Notes: generated by a model from the letters alone, not told the origin. A stretch of DNA of 64,000 nucleotides from an uncultured Aquiluna sp. (GCA_965655555.1 CBFHGU010000002.1:232006-296005); one strand, 5' to 3'; positions 22,232-33,470 are shown, numbered from the stretch's first letter. Program-made: numbers and translations.

Positions 22232-23347
22232 CTACCGATAGGAATTCGCTACAACGTCAACTCGCTGGAACTCTTTAACATCCGAATAGCCGGTTGTTGC
22301 CATGGACCGGCGGAGTGCACCAAGGATGTTCATTGTCCCATTTGAAGTGTCGCTTGGGCCGGTAAGAATTTGCTCTAGCGGTCCGTGGGAACCAACCCAC
22401 ACCCTTTGCCCCCTTGGCAGTGAGGCATTTACCGCTTCTGGACCCCAGTGCCAACCTTGGCCTGGAGCTTCGCCTGCTCTTGCCAAAACAGTGCCGAGCA
22501 TTGCCGCATCTGCTCCACAGGCAATTGCCTTTACAAGGTCCCCAGATGCTCCAAGCCCACCGTCTGCAATCACGTGAACATAGCGCCCACCAGATTCGTC
22601 CATGTAGTCGCGCCTCGCAGCTGCAACATCTGCAACGGCTGTGGCCATTGGCGCATGGATGCCAAGCACTTTCCTGGTCGCGCTTGCAGCGCCACCGCCG
22701 AAACCGACTAATACTCCTGCAGCGCCGGTTCGCATCAGGTGCAATGCGGCGGTATAAGTAGCAGCACCGCCAACGATTACTGGGACATCTAACTTGTAGA
22801 TGAATTCCTTTAGATTCAACGGCTCAGAGTCCTTGGATACATGCTCGGCAGACACGGTGTTTCCCCGGATCACAAACATGTCCACGCCAGAGCGCAGAAC
22901 GACATCGGCAAACTCTGCTGTTCGCTGGGGTGATAGCGCGCCCGCGACGGTGACGCCCGCAGCTCGAATTTCCTTGAGCCTTGCCTCGATCAACTCTGCC
23001 TGGATTGGTTTTGAGTAGATTCGCTGCAGCACAGCGGTTGCATCCTCATCCTTGGCATTGGCTATCTCTGCCAACTGCTGGGAAGGGTCCTCGTATCGAG
23101 TCCAAAGACCCTCAAGGTCTAGAACTCCCAGGCCGCCAAGTTTCCCAAGTGCAATGACTGTTTCTGGGCTCATTGCGGAATCTGATGGAGCAGCGATTAC
23201 TGGCATCTCGAACTGATAGGCGTCGATGCTCCAGTTTGTTGAAACGACCTCTGGGTCGCGAGTTCTTCTGGTGGGAACAATCGCAATATCGTCAAAGGCA
23301 TAACCGGTGACTGCGCGCTTGGATCTGCCTATTTCTACTTCATTCAT
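22232..23347 (-). CDS. guaB3: GuaB3 IMP dehydrogenase-related protein
   Basis: EIGRSKRA...FDDIAIVP, GGHFV-type VHVIADGG, no catalytic Cys loop, tandem with guaB. Confidence 0.88.
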   Translation of the reverse strand: MNEVEIGRSKRAVTGYAFDDIAIVPTRRTRDPEVVSTNWSIDAYQFEMPVIAAPSDSAMSPETVIALGKLGGLGVLDLEGLWTRYEDPSQQLAEIANAKDEDATAVLQRIYSKPIQAELIEARLKEIRAAGVTVAGALSPQRTAEFADVVLRSGVDMFVIRGNTVSAEHVSKDSEPLNLKEFIYKLDVPVIVGGAATYTAALHLMRTGAAGVLVGFGGGAASATRKVLGIHAPMATAVADVAAARRDYMDESGGRYVHVIADGGLGASGDLVKAIACGADAAMLGTVLARAGEAPGQGWHWGPEAVNASLPRGQRVWVGSHGPLEQILTGPSDTSNGTMNILGALRRSMATTGYSDVKEFQRVDVVANSYR

Positions 23348-23360
23348 TTTCTTTGCCTAC

Positions 23361-24896
<1,536 letters not shown>

Positions 24897-25059
24897 TTAC
24901 CAGAAGTCTATCTTTCAATTTGAGCCAAGCCGCACTCAATTTCTTGGTCACAAAAAGGTTTCAGGGCACACACGATAAATTTTGCACTGCTATTGTTTTG
25001 CAATACCCTTATGGGATAAAAATTGTGAGCATGGGCGCTCACCTAGATATGGAGGACAG

Positions 25060-26358
25060 GTGAATTTCCTCTCCGTGGGCAATCCAAAACGTCTACTCAA
25101 ACCCCTTGTAATTCTCTTCACAGCGATGATCCTTGGACTAGGTCTCATGACGCCGGCACAAGCAGACAGCGTCGGAGAAGAGTTCGATTTTGCAGTGCTG
25201 GGTAACGTAAAGGTTGAAGGCGAGCCAGTTGGTGGCGTCCGTATGACAGTTGAAGGCAACGGCTACAGCGCCACCACCGTCACTGATGACAACGGCAGCT
25301 GGTTAATCGGCGTTCCAGATGGCACAACCTACTCGGTGACCCTCGATGAGTCGACCCTGCCAGCTGGTGTAATTGTGCTCGAGGGAGGCGTAACCCAAGA
25401 GGTTAGCTTCAGTCTGTCCGAACGTGTTGTGAAGAACTTCTTCATTGGTGAGGGTGAGCGCAACGAGGTGCCCTTCATTGACCAGCTGATTGCAAGGCTC
25501 ATATACGGCATCAACTTTGGTTTGATGCTAGGTCTTGCCTCGGTCGGAGTATCTCTTGTTTTTGGTACGACAGGCCTTTCAAACTTCGCCCACGGTGAGA
25601 TGGTTACCTTTGGGGCTGTGGCCGCACTAATTTTGGGCGTGTTCCTTGAGGTTCCGATTTGGGTGGCTATCCCCGCGGCAGTATTGCTCTCAGCCGGTAT
25701 GGGTTGGTCGTTGGATGCCGGGATTTGGCGGCCGCTTCGAAAGCGCGGCCTGGGTATTGTGCAGTTGATGATCGTTTCTATTGGTCTATCGCTAACCATG
25801 CGTTACATAATTCAGTTCTTCATCGGTGGTGGCACCGAGCAGCTACCCGGTTTTGACTCACCAAAGATCACGCTGTTTGGCTCTGTTGCCCTAAGCATGA
25901 ATGACCTCTACTCGATGGGCATCTCGATTGTGGTCATTGTTGGTTTTGCAATTTGGTTGCTAAAGACCAAGACCGGAAAGGCAACAAGGGCCATCTCGGA
26001 CAACCCAGACCTGGCAGCTGCCTCCGGCATTGACGTTGACAAGGTCGTCCGGATTGTTTGGATTGTTTCTGCCTCGCTTGCTGGCCTTGCTGGCGTGCTT
26101 TGGGCATACTTCCGCCCAGGAATTAAGTGGGACATGGGAACTCAGATCCTGCTTCTAATCTTTGCTGCAGTGACCCTAGGTGGTCTCGGCACAGCGTTTG
26201 GTGCTCTAATCGGCGCCCTAATTGTTGGCTTGTTGGTTGAAACCTCCAGCCTGTTTATTCCATCTGACCTCAAATACGTTGGCGCACTCGTTGTGCTAAT
26301 CGGTGTGCTGCTGTTTAGGCCGCAGGGCATCATGGGTCGAAAACAGAGAATTGGATAG
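25060..26358 (+). CDS. livH: Branched-chain amino acid ABC permease (LivH-like) with N-terminal extracytoplasmic domain
   Basis: NFAHGEM, GIDVDKV, LGGLGTAFG. I chose GTG at 25060, which follows the SD GGAGG, over the ORF-track start at 24982. Confidence 0.88.
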   Translation: MNFLSVGNPKRLLKPLVILFTAMILGLGLMTPAQADSVGEEFDFAVLGNVKVEGEPVGGVRMTVEGNGYSATTVTDDNGSWLIGVPDGTTYSVTLDESTLPAGVIVLEGGVTQEVSFSLSERVVKNFFIGEGERNEVPFIDQLIARLIYGINFGLMLGLASVGVSLVFGTTGLSNFAHGEMVTFGAVAALILGVFLEVPIWVAIPAAVLLSAGMGWSLDAGIWRPLRKRGLGIVQLMIVSIGLSLTMRYIIQFFIGGGTEQLPGFDSPKITLFGSVALSMNDLYSMGISIVVIVGFAIWLLKTKTGKATRAISDNPDLAAASGIDVDKVVRIVWIVSASLAGLAGVLWAYFRPGIKWDMGTQILLLIFAAVTLGGLGTAFGALIGALIVGLLVETSSLFIPSDLKYVGALVVLIGVLLFRPQGIMGRKQRIG

Positions 26359-26367
26359 GAGGTAATC

Positions 26368-27351
26368 ATGGACTGGGGAACAATTTTTAACAACACCTTG
26401 GCCGGGTTACTAACGCCGACCACTATTGCCTTTGCGCTTGCGGCCCTAGGCCTTGCAATGCACTTCGGATTTGCTGGATTGTTGAACTTCGGTATTGCCG
26501 GGTTCATGGCGATTGGAGCTTACGGATACGCGATTTCGGTTCTAACATTCGGGTTCCCCTGGTGGGCTGGAATGCTGGTGGGAATCCTTGGATCCATTGG
26601 CTTCGCAATTATTCTTGGTGTCCCGACGTTGAGGTTGCGCGGTGACTACCTAGCCATCGCAACAATCGCTGCTGCTGAGATTGCCAGATTGCTATTCCTA
26701 ACCACAGCGTTCACTGACGTGACAGGTAGCGCCGATGGACTGTTTGGATACAACAAGTCCGGTGGCTTCACGGCTGCCAACCCATTTCCACCGGGAAGCT
26801 ACGGCTTTGGCCCCTGGACCTACAACTCAGAAACACTCTGGGTGTTGACTTTCGGTCTAGCGGTCCTTGCAATATGCGTTTGGTTCCTATGGGCGCTTAT
26901 GCGCTCCCCTTGGGGAAGAGTCATCAAGGGTATCCGCGAGGATGAAGATGCAATTAGAGCCCTCGGAAAGAACGTTTTCGCATACAAGCTTCAAGCTTTG
27001 ATCATTGGTGGAGTCTTTGGTGGAATGGGTGGAATCATCTACGCTGCCTTTGCTAACGTCTCGCCCGGTGTTTATGTGACATCGATCACATTCTTTATTT
27101 GGACATCACTACTACTGGGTGGCGCAGCTACGATCTTCGGTCCGGTTATCGGTGCCGTTATCTTCTGGACTCTCCAGGCATTCCTGTCCAACATCTTGCC
27201 GGAATTAGCGCTCAATGGCATTCTGCCCGTGGACGGAACTCAGGCAGCAACATTGCGGTTCGTGCTGGTCGGTATCGGTTTGATGCTGCTAGTTGTTTAC
27301 AGGCCGCAGGGTATTTTTGGCGACAAGAGGGAGATGACCTTTGTCAAATAA
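26368..27351 (+). CDS. livM: Branched-chain amino acid ABC permease (LivM-like)
   Basis: GLLNFG, LRLRGDYLAIAT, IREDEDA. Confidence 0.92.
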   Translation: MDWGTIFNNTLAGLLTPTTIAFALAALGLAMHFGFAGLLNFGIAGFMAIGAYGYAISVLTFGFPWWAGMLVGILGSIGFAIILGVPTLRLRGDYLAIATIAAAEIARLLFLTTAFTDVTGSADGLFGYNKSGGFTAANPFPPGSYGFGPWTYNSETLWVLTFGLAVLAICVWFLWALMRSPWGRVIKGIREDEDAIRALGKNVFAYKLQALIIGGVFGGMGGIIYAAFANVSPGVYVTSITFFIWTSLLLGGAATIFGPVIGAVIFWTLQAFLSNILPELALNGILPVDGTQAATLRFVLVGIGLMLLVVYRPQGIFGDKREMTFVK

Positions 27352-28234
27352 CGAATCACCACAAAAGACAACCGGCCTACACGTAGGCAAGGCTGAACCC
27401 GGCTGCAAGAAGAATGACCCGATGCTCGTCATCGATAACGTCAAAAAGAGCTTTGGCGGCCTAACAGCAGTTGACGTCGAGCATCTGGAGATTCCAAAGG
27501 GTGCTATCACAGCGCTGATTGGTCCAAATGGTGCCGGTAAGACGACGTTGTTCAACTTGCTAACTGGTTTTGACACCCCAGACACTGGCGCCTGGAGCTT
27601 CCTTGGAAGCTCACTATCGGGTGTTCCTAGCTTCAAGGTTGCCCAAATGGGTCAGGTTCGGACTTTCCAGCTAACCAAGGCACTGAGCTTGCTGACAGTT
27701 TTGGACAACATGAAGTTGGGTGCTAAAGACCAGGCCGGTGAAAACATTTTCCGCAGTCTTTTTCCTGGCTTCTGGAAGAAACAGGATCAAGAGATTGAAG
27801 TCAAGGCGCTAGAACTACTCAAGCGCTTCAAGCTTGATGCCAAGAAGTCAGACTTTGCAGCTTCTCTCTCCGGTGGTCAGCGAAAGCTGCTAGAGATGGC
27901 CAGGGCGCTAATGACCGACCCAGTATTGGTCATGCTGGATGAGCCGATGGCTGGCGTGAACCCAGCGTTGACTCAGTCACTGCTTGAACACGTGCTGGAC
28001 CTAAAAAAGGACGGCATGACCGTGTTGTTTGTTGAGCACGACATGCACATGGTCCGTCACATCGCGGACTGGGTTGTTGTTATGGCCGAGGGCAAGGTTG
28101 TGGCAGAAGGTCCGCCAGACACCGTCATGAAGGAGCAGGCAGTTATCGATGCCTACCTAGGTGCTCACCAGGACACTGACCTTGGTGTTGTCACAGGACG
28201 AATTGACACAATCAACGAGGAGAAGAGCAAATGA
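27341..28234 (+). CDS. livG: Branched-chain amino acid ABC ATP-binding protein
   Basis: GPNGAGKTT, LSGGQRK, DEPMAG, EHDM. Confidence 0.92.
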   Translation: MSNNESPQKTTGLHVGKAEPGCKKNDPMLVIDNVKKSFGGLTAVDVEHLEIPKGAITALIGPNGAGKTTLFNLLTGFDTPDTGAWSFLGSSLSGVPSFKVAQMGQVRTFQLTKALSLLTVLDNMKLGAKDQAGENIFRSLFPGFWKKQDQEIEVKALELLKRFKLDAKKSDFAASLSGGQRKLLEMARALMTDPVLVMLDEPMAGVNPALTQSLLEHVLDLKKDGMTVLFVEHDMHMVRHIADWVVVMAEGKVVAEGPPDTVMKEQAVIDAYLGAHQDTDLGVVTGRIDTINEEKSK

Positions 28235-28950
28235 CCCGAGTTGTAGACGTCAAGGAGCTAACCGCTGGCTATCTACCAGGTGTGAACATCCTGAACAGCG
28301 CCAACCTATACGCAGATAAAGGCGAACTGATTGGAATTATTGGCCCAAACGGTGCTGGTAAATCAACGCTACTGAAGGCAATCTTTGGCCTGGTAAAGGT
28401 TCGTGAAGGCTCCATAGAGCTAAACGGCGAAAGTATCGTTGGTATGAAGCCAAACCAGCTGGTCGCCAAAGGGGTTGGCTTCATCCCCCAGAACAACAAC
28501 GTCTTTCCGTCCTTGACCATCGAAGAAAATCTTCAGATGGGTGTCTTCCAGGAGCCAGAGAACTACGACGAGCGTCTGGAGTTCGTGGTTTCCATCTTCG
28601 AAGAATTGGGTAAGCGCCTAAAGCAGCGTGCCGGCTCACTGTCAGGTGGAGAACGCCAGATGGTTGCCATGGGCAGGGCATTGATGATGAACCCAGACGT
28701 GCTGCTACTTGACGAACCATCGGCTGGTCTAAGCCCAGTTCGACAGGATGAGGCCTTCCTGCGGGTATCGGAAATCAACAAGGCCGGTGTGACCTGCATC
28801 ATGGTTGAGCAGAATGCCCGTCGTTGCCTTCAGATTGCCGACAGGGCTTACGTTCTTGATCAGGGCACAGACGCCGTCACAGGCACCGGTAGAGAGCTTC
28901 TGAACGACCCTCAGGTCATCGGCCTGTACCTGGGAACACTGGGGACCTAG
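28231..28950 (+). CDS. livF: Branched-chain amino acid ABC ATP-binding protein
   Basis: GPNGAGKST, LSGGERQM, DEPSAGL, VEQN. Confidence 0.92.
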   Translation: MTRVVDVKELTAGYLPGVNILNSANLYADKGELIGIIGPNGAGKSTLLKAIFGLVKVREGSIELNGESIVGMKPNQLVAKGVGFIPQNNNVFPSLTIEENLQMGVFQEPENYDERLEFVVSIFEELGKRLKQRAGSLSGGERQMVAMGRALMMNPDVLLLDEPSAGLSPVRQDEAFLRVSEINKAGVTCIMVEQNARRCLQIADRAYVLDQGTDAVTGTGRELLNDPQVIGLYLGTLGT

Positions 28951-28961
28951 GCGCCATTTAG

Positions 28962-29117
28962 ATGTCCTCAGATAAGAGACCAAAAGGAACCTTTATCGGA
29001 GTTGGCGTTGCGCTTGGGGTTGCTATTGGGGTTGCAACCGACAATATAGGACTATGGATAGCCCTGGGTGTGGCCATCGGAGCCGCGTTTGAAGCACAGA
29101 ATCGCAAGGCTAAGTAA
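28962..29117 (+). CDS. 51-aa glycine-zipper small membrane protein (not in the ORF track)
   Basis: Hand translation: MSSDKRPKGTFIGVGVALGVAIGVATDNIGLWIALGVAIGAAFEAQNRKAK. Two GxxxG helices. Lies between the livF stop and a terminator. Confidence 0.6.
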   Translation: MSSDKRPKGTFIGVGVALGVAIGVATDNIGLWIALGVAIGAAFEAQNRKAK

Positions 29118-29145
29118 AGTTACCAACCCCGTTAGTTGGAGCCAG

Positions 29146-29181
29146 TAATTCCCTCGGTGATGCCGGGGGAATTATTTGTTT
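29146..29181 (+). terminator. Intrinsic terminator after the liv operon and small ORF
   Basis: TAATTCCCTCGG/CCGGGGGAATTA stem followed by TTTGTTT. Confidence 0.7.
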
Positions 29182-29304
29182 GCGTATTCGCATCTGTTGC
29201 TGACTGCTAACGAGCCTTTCCGCTCAGAACTTTCCGTTGTCCTCCACATAGGGCGCTCAGATGTTCAGGGTGAATTGACCGATTGAGGCATACATCTGGC
29301 AAAT

Positions 29305-29343
29305 AAGAAACCCCCTCGGGCGTAAAGCCCAAGGGGGTTTCTT
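29305..29343 (-). terminator. Intrinsic (possibly bidirectional) terminator after the substrate-binding gene
   Basis: AAGAAACCCCCT/AGGGGGTTTCTT 12-bp stem plus an inner GGGC/GCCC stem. Confidence 0.8.
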
Positions 29344-29358
29344 GATTGAAACTAGTTA

Positions 29359-30630
29359 CTAGCCACGGATGGTGGAAGGAACGTTGTTTCCATCGAACTG
29401 CTGAATCAGGATGTTACCGTCAGTTGGGTCTCCAACGTCATTGAAGGTAATAGCGCCTGATGGGCCGTCGTAGTCTGCGGTGCCACCATCGTTGATGATG
29501 TCTGCACACTCAGCAAAGCTGGTGCACTTGGTACCGTTTCCAGAACCTCCAGAAACTTCCTGAAGCTTCTCTGACATGTTTGCGCCCTCGGTGCTGCGAG
29601 CCTCTAGAGCAGCAAGTGCAAGCACGATAACTGCGTCATAGGTCTCTGGACCATAAGCGTTTAGCTCTAGAGGAGCATTACCTGCTGCCTCCCAGCTTGA
29701 GTACAGTCTGTCAATGAACTCTGCAATGTTTGCAGCGTTCACACCTGGGTAGGTTCCCTTAGAACCCTCAAGGGTTCCAGCGGCGAAGTCAGATGAGTAG
29801 TCAGTTAGGTTTCCGTCAACGAAGTAAAGCTTGTCACCAGGGAACTGGCTTGTTAGCTCAGGCACGATGGTCTTTGCCTCGTCGAAGGTTACTAGAACGA
29901 TTGCATCTGGGTCTCCAGCAAGGGCTTCTGCAATCTGAGCGGTGAAGTTAGTGTCACCGGTGTTGTAAGTAGGTGCTGCGATAACTTCTCCACCAGCAGC
30001 TTCGAAAGCAGCAGTGGTGAACTCAGCTAGACCGGTACCGTATGAGTCGTTTAGAACGATCATTGAGATTCTCTGGTGACCGTCTTCAGCAATTAGGTTT
30101 CCTAGAACCTCACCCTGTAGTACGTCTGAAGGTGCGGTACGGAAGTACAGTCCCTTGTCCTCGTAGTCAGTGAATGCAGCTGAAGTGTTAGCTGGTGAGA
30201 AGTGAATTACACACTCAGCGATAACTCGGTCGATGAACTGTAGTGATACACCTGATGATGCAGCACCAACGATTGCCTCAACGCCAGCGCCTAGAAGACG
30301 TGGGATCTCGGTGTCGTAAGCCTTGTTGTCGGTGTCACCTGAGTCACCATATGTAGGGTCAATGGTGATTCCCTTGTTGGCAGCGTTGATTTCTTCAACA
30401 GCCAAAGCGGCACCAGCTTCTTCTGGTGGGCCTAGGAATGCGAGGTTACCGGTCAAAGGCAGCGCGGTTCCTAGCTTTAGTACTAGGTCTCCATCCTGCT
30501 CTGGGCCAAGTTCACAACCACCTGCGGTTGTTGCCGGTGCACAGCCAGTTAGGACAGCTGCACCAAGCGCCAAAACGCCTGCTGCTGACAAAACCTTACG
30601 TGCACGCGACCTGTTGTTCTTTACGGTCAT
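29359..30630 (-). CDS. Liv-family ABC substrate-binding lipoprotein
   Basis: Lipobox AVLTGC, FSPANTS, YFRTAPSD. I chose ATG at 30630, which follows the SD AGGAG. Confidence 0.9.
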   Translation of the reverse strand: MTVKNNRSRARKVLSAAGVLALGAAVLTGCAPATTAGGCELGPEQDGDLVLKLGTALPLTGNLAFLGPPEEAGAALAVEEINAANKGITIDPTYGDSGDTDNKAYDTEIPRLLGAGVEAIVGAASSGVSLQFIDRVIAECVIHFSPANTSAAFTDYEDKGLYFRTAPSDVLQGEVLGNLIAEDGHQRISMIVLNDSYGTGLAEFTTAAFEAAGGEVIAAPTYNTGDTNFTAQIAEALAGDPDAIVLVTFDEAKTIVPELTSQFPGDKLYFVDGNLTDYSSDFAAGTLEGSKGTYPGVNAANIAEFIDRLYSSWEAAGNAPLELNAYGPETYDAVIVLALAALEARSTEGANMSEKLQEVSGGSGNGTKCTSFAECADIINDGGTADYDGPSGAITFNDVGDPTDGNILIQQFDGNNVPSTIRG

Positions 30631-30881
30631 TTTTGCTCCTTGAAATAGCAATTGAAATGCATAAACAGGCAGGTAGCCCGAGTTGCTAAGTAAACTCTAG
30701 TGAAACTGCAGGCAATTGGGGGTTTCATTTGGGATTTTTTCAAAAAAACGACCTACATTGTCTGCTTTTTTAGCACTAAAACGTGCTTTGAACGACGAAA
30801 TCCGCATTTAGGCGCTACTTGTAAAGTGCTAATTAGCCGTGTGAGCTAGCAGACACACTCTGTAACAATTAGATTGCGAAT

Positions 30882-31790
30882 CTAAAGCGCTTCCACCATC
30901 GGCATTTGGGGCTTCTTTCTGAACGCATCAGCTGTGAGTATGACCAGGGAAATCCACACTAGGCCAAAGCCGATCCACCTGACCAGAGGCATCTCTTCGC
31001 CCAGAATGAAGTAGCCGGCCGAGAATTGCAAAATTGGAGTCAGGTATTGAATGAAGCCGATCATTGAAAGCGGGATTCTTGAAGCCGCAGCACCGAAAAG
31101 AATCAGTGGAACTGCAGTCAGAATTCCAAAAGCAATCAGGACGCTCGCCTCCATCGGTCCAGTGAGCAACATCACCGGACCCAAGGAGGCCACTATCGCC
31201 AATTGCCCCAACGCAAGTGGCAAAACAATCGCTGACTCAAGAGTAAAGCTCTGAAGAGCACCGATTTTTCCACCGACCTTGTTCTTAGCCAGGGAATAGG
31301 TTCCAAAGCTCAAAGCAAGAATGAAAGCGAACCACGGCGGCCTGCCATAATCGAGCGTCAAAATTACCACCGCCAGAAAACCAACACCTAATGCCAACCA
31401 CTGCAACCGACGCAGCTTTTCACCAAGCAGGACCACTGCGAACATGACGGTAATTAGTGGATTTATGAAATACCCCAGCGAGGTTTCTATTACGTTCCCG
31501 GTGACAACACCGATGACATAAACCTCCCAGTTAATAAAAATGAAGAGCGCCGCTATTGCTACCCAGCCTAATTTTTTGGGATTCCTGACCAACGTGAAAA
31601 CTTGGCTCCAAGTTCGGGTGATAGTAACCAAAAAGACAGCAAGCAAAAATCCAAAGACCACGCGCCAGACCACAATTTCAAATGCCGAGGCAAACTTGGA
31701 AAGCTGAATGACCAGTGGGAAAGAGCCCCATAGGAAATACGCAGCTACGCCAAAGGTCAACCCAACCGATGTTTGCGAGCGCTTCTGCAC
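30882..31790 (-). CDS. rarD: RarD (EamA/DMT family) permease
   Basis: AAYFLWG, SLGYFINPL, IGFIQYLTP. Confidence 0.92.
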   Translation of the reverse strand: MQKRSQTSVGLTFGVAAYFLWGSFPLVIQLSKFASAFEIVVWRVVFGFLLAVFLVTITRTWSQVFTLVRNPKKLGWVAIAALFIFINWEVYVIGVVTGNVIETSLGYFINPLITVMFAVVLLGEKLRRLQWLALGVGFLAVVILTLDYGRPPWFAFILALSFGTYSLAKNKVGGKIGALQSFTLESAIVLPLALGQLAIVASLGPVMLLTGPMEASVLIAFGILTAVPLILFGAAASRIPLSMIGFIQYLTPILQFSAGYFILGEEMPLVRWIGFGLVWISLVILTADAFRKKPQMPMVEAL

Positions 31791-31814
31791 TGGCTAATCC
31801 TATGACCCTTAAAG

Positions 31815-31848
31815 CAAAAGACGACCCGAATAAACGAGTCGTCTTTTG
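31815..31848 (-). terminator. Intrinsic terminator after groES
   Basis: CAAAAGACGAC/GTCGTCTTTTG inverted repeat. Confidence 0.75.
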
Positions 31849-31859
31849 TTGAAAGTGAT

Positions 31860-32156
31860 TTAGCGCTCGATGACCGCAAGAATGTCGCGGGCTGAAAGCA
31901 CAAGATAGTCCTGGCCGTCGTAACGAAGCTCGGTTCCACCATACTTCGAGAAGATAACTAGGTCTCCTACCTTTACGTCAACTGGAATTCGATCCCCGTC
32001 TTCGCTAAAACGGCCTGGACCAACCGAAACAACTTCGGCTTCCTGTGGCTTTTCCTTGGCGGTGTCTGGGATTACCAGACCTGATGCTGTTACCTGCTCG
32101 GCCTCTAGGGGACGAACAACAACGCGATCTTCAAGTGGCTTAATTGATACCGACAC
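31860..32156 (-). CDS. groES: Co-chaperonin GroES
   Basis: [28 protein letters not shown]. Confidence 0.98.
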   Translation of the reverse strand: MSVSIKPLEDRVVVRPLEAEQVTASGLVIPDTAKEKPQEAEVVSVGPGRFSEDGDRIPVDVKVGDLVIFSKYGGTELRYDGQDYLVLSARDILAVIER

Positions 32157-32190
32157 GTTGACCTCTTCTTTTGTCTAAAGTTTTTATGGA

Positions 32191-32217
32191 TTAGCAGACT
32201 CGCATCGAGAGTGCTAA
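32191..32217. promoter_or_regulatory. CIRCE (HrcA operator) upstream of groES
   Basis: TTAGCAGAC-N9-GAGTGCTAA, with 2 mismatches to the TTAGCACTC-N9-GAGTGCTAA consensus. Confidence 0.8.
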
Positions 32218-32221
32218 TAGA

Positions 32222-32250
32222 ACTTTAGGCGCAAACCGCTTCTTGGTCAA
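32222..32250 (-). promoter_or_regulatory. SigA-type promoter of groES
   Basis: TTGACC-N17-TAAAGT on the minus strand, immediately upstream of the CIRCE. Confidence 0.7.
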
Positions 32251-32288
32251 GGTCGCAAAGCCATGTCCGGCAACGCTAGATTGGTGAA

Positions 32289-33470
32289 ATGCCCGATTCT
32301 TCCGATGCCCTGTTCAGCTCTGAGGCCAACGCTGTTCTCGACATTTTGGGCCTAGTAACTAGCAAAGCGGACGTCATCAAACTCACCACCAATCTTCGCA
32401 AGCAGGGGTATGAGCCTGACCTTGTCGCTCAGTGCATAACCCAGGCGAAACTTAGGTCTCGTGCGGTTGCGAAATTTGGACAGCAAGAAGCCGCGAACAT
32501 GCTGTTTACCGAGGAGGGCCTCGAACAAGCAACGAGGTCCGAGGTGTCCAGTTGGCATGCCAAAAGGTTCACGCAGGCAGGCATCAAATCTGTCACCGAT
32601 CTGGGTTGCGGAATTGGCGGAGACTCCAAAGCGTTTGCGAGCGCCGGCATTAGCGTCACTGCAATCGAAATGAACCCCGATGCTGCGGCATTGGCTGGCC
32701 ATAACCTCAATGCGTTTCCAAACGCGATAGTTTTTCAGGGCGATGCCACCAACACTCAAGTCGCTACCGATGCAGTTTGGATGGATCCTGCTCGACGCAA
32801 CTTGAGCTCAAAGGCAGCTGGTCGCGTGATGCTAAAGCCGGAGGATTTTTCACCGAACTTGGACTTCGCGTTTGAGCTAGCAAGAAAGCACAGTGCCGGC
32901 ATAAAGCTTGCCGGGAGCCTTCCACACGAGCTGATCCCCACAGACTGCGAGGCCAACTGGGTGTCTCACAACAATGAGCTGGTAGAAACTGTGCTGTGGT
33001 TTGGAGCCCTTGGCGAAGCCGGGAAGCGCTCAGCGGTAATCATCGACAAAGATGCTCTTGAGTTTGCTGGTGAAGAGATTCAAGCGCCACTTGGCGCTCC
33101 TGGAAAATACATCTACGACCCGATCTCTGCGATGGTTCGCTCGCACCTACTGGGTGCCTACGCAATAGAGAACGAGCTGTGGGGAATTTCTACCTCAATT
33201 GCCTACCTGAGTGGTGACCACAAAGTGCAGTCCCCCTGGCTGCGAGGCTTTGAGGTTCTTGAAGAATTACCTCTTGATGCAAAAAGGATTGCCAAACGAA
33301 TGAGTGAGCTAAACATTGGCACGTTGGAAATTAAAAAGCGCGGCGTGGACATTACTCCCGAGCAGCTCAGGCCAAAACTCAAACTAAAAGGGAAAGAGTC
33401 GGCAACACTGATACTCACCAAAATTCAAGATTCCAGAAAAGCCCTGGTTTGCAAGCCTATTAACTATTGA
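32289..33470 (+). CDS. Class I SAM-dependent methyltransferase with THUMP-like domain
   Basis: [29 protein letters not shown]. Usual actinobacterial position between tsaD and groES. Confidence 0.85.
   Translation: MPDSSDALFSSEANAVLDILGLVTSKADVIKLTTNLRKQGYEPDLVAQCITQAKLRSRAVAKFGQQEAANMLFTEEGLEQATRSEVSSWHAKRFTQAGIKSVTDLGCGIGGDSKAFASAGISVTAIEMNPDAAALAGHNLNAFPNAIVFQGDATNTQVATDAVWMDPARRNLSSKAAGRVMLKPEDFSPNLDFAFELARKHSAGIKLAGSLPHELIPTDCEANWVSHNNELVETVLWFGALGEAGKRSAVIIDKDALEFAGEEIQAPLGAPGKYIYDPISAMVRSHLLGAYAIENELWGISTSIAYLSGDHKVQSPWLRGFEVLEELPLDAKRIAKRMSELNIGTLEIKKRGVDITPEQLRPKLKLKGKESATLILTKIQDSRKALVCKPINY

Noticed and set aside
29215-29290. Minus-strand peptide LSALCGGQRKVL resembling an ABC signature
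   Set aside because: It is a short match with no start, no Walker motifs and no nucleotide similarity to livG. Likely chance.
30770-30832. TTAGCACT...AGTGCTAA inverted repeat resembling CIRCE upstream of the liv binding-protein gene
   Set aside because: The spacer is 47 nt rather than the 11 nt expected between these 8-mers, so it cannot be a canonical HrcA site. An unrelated operator is not excluded.
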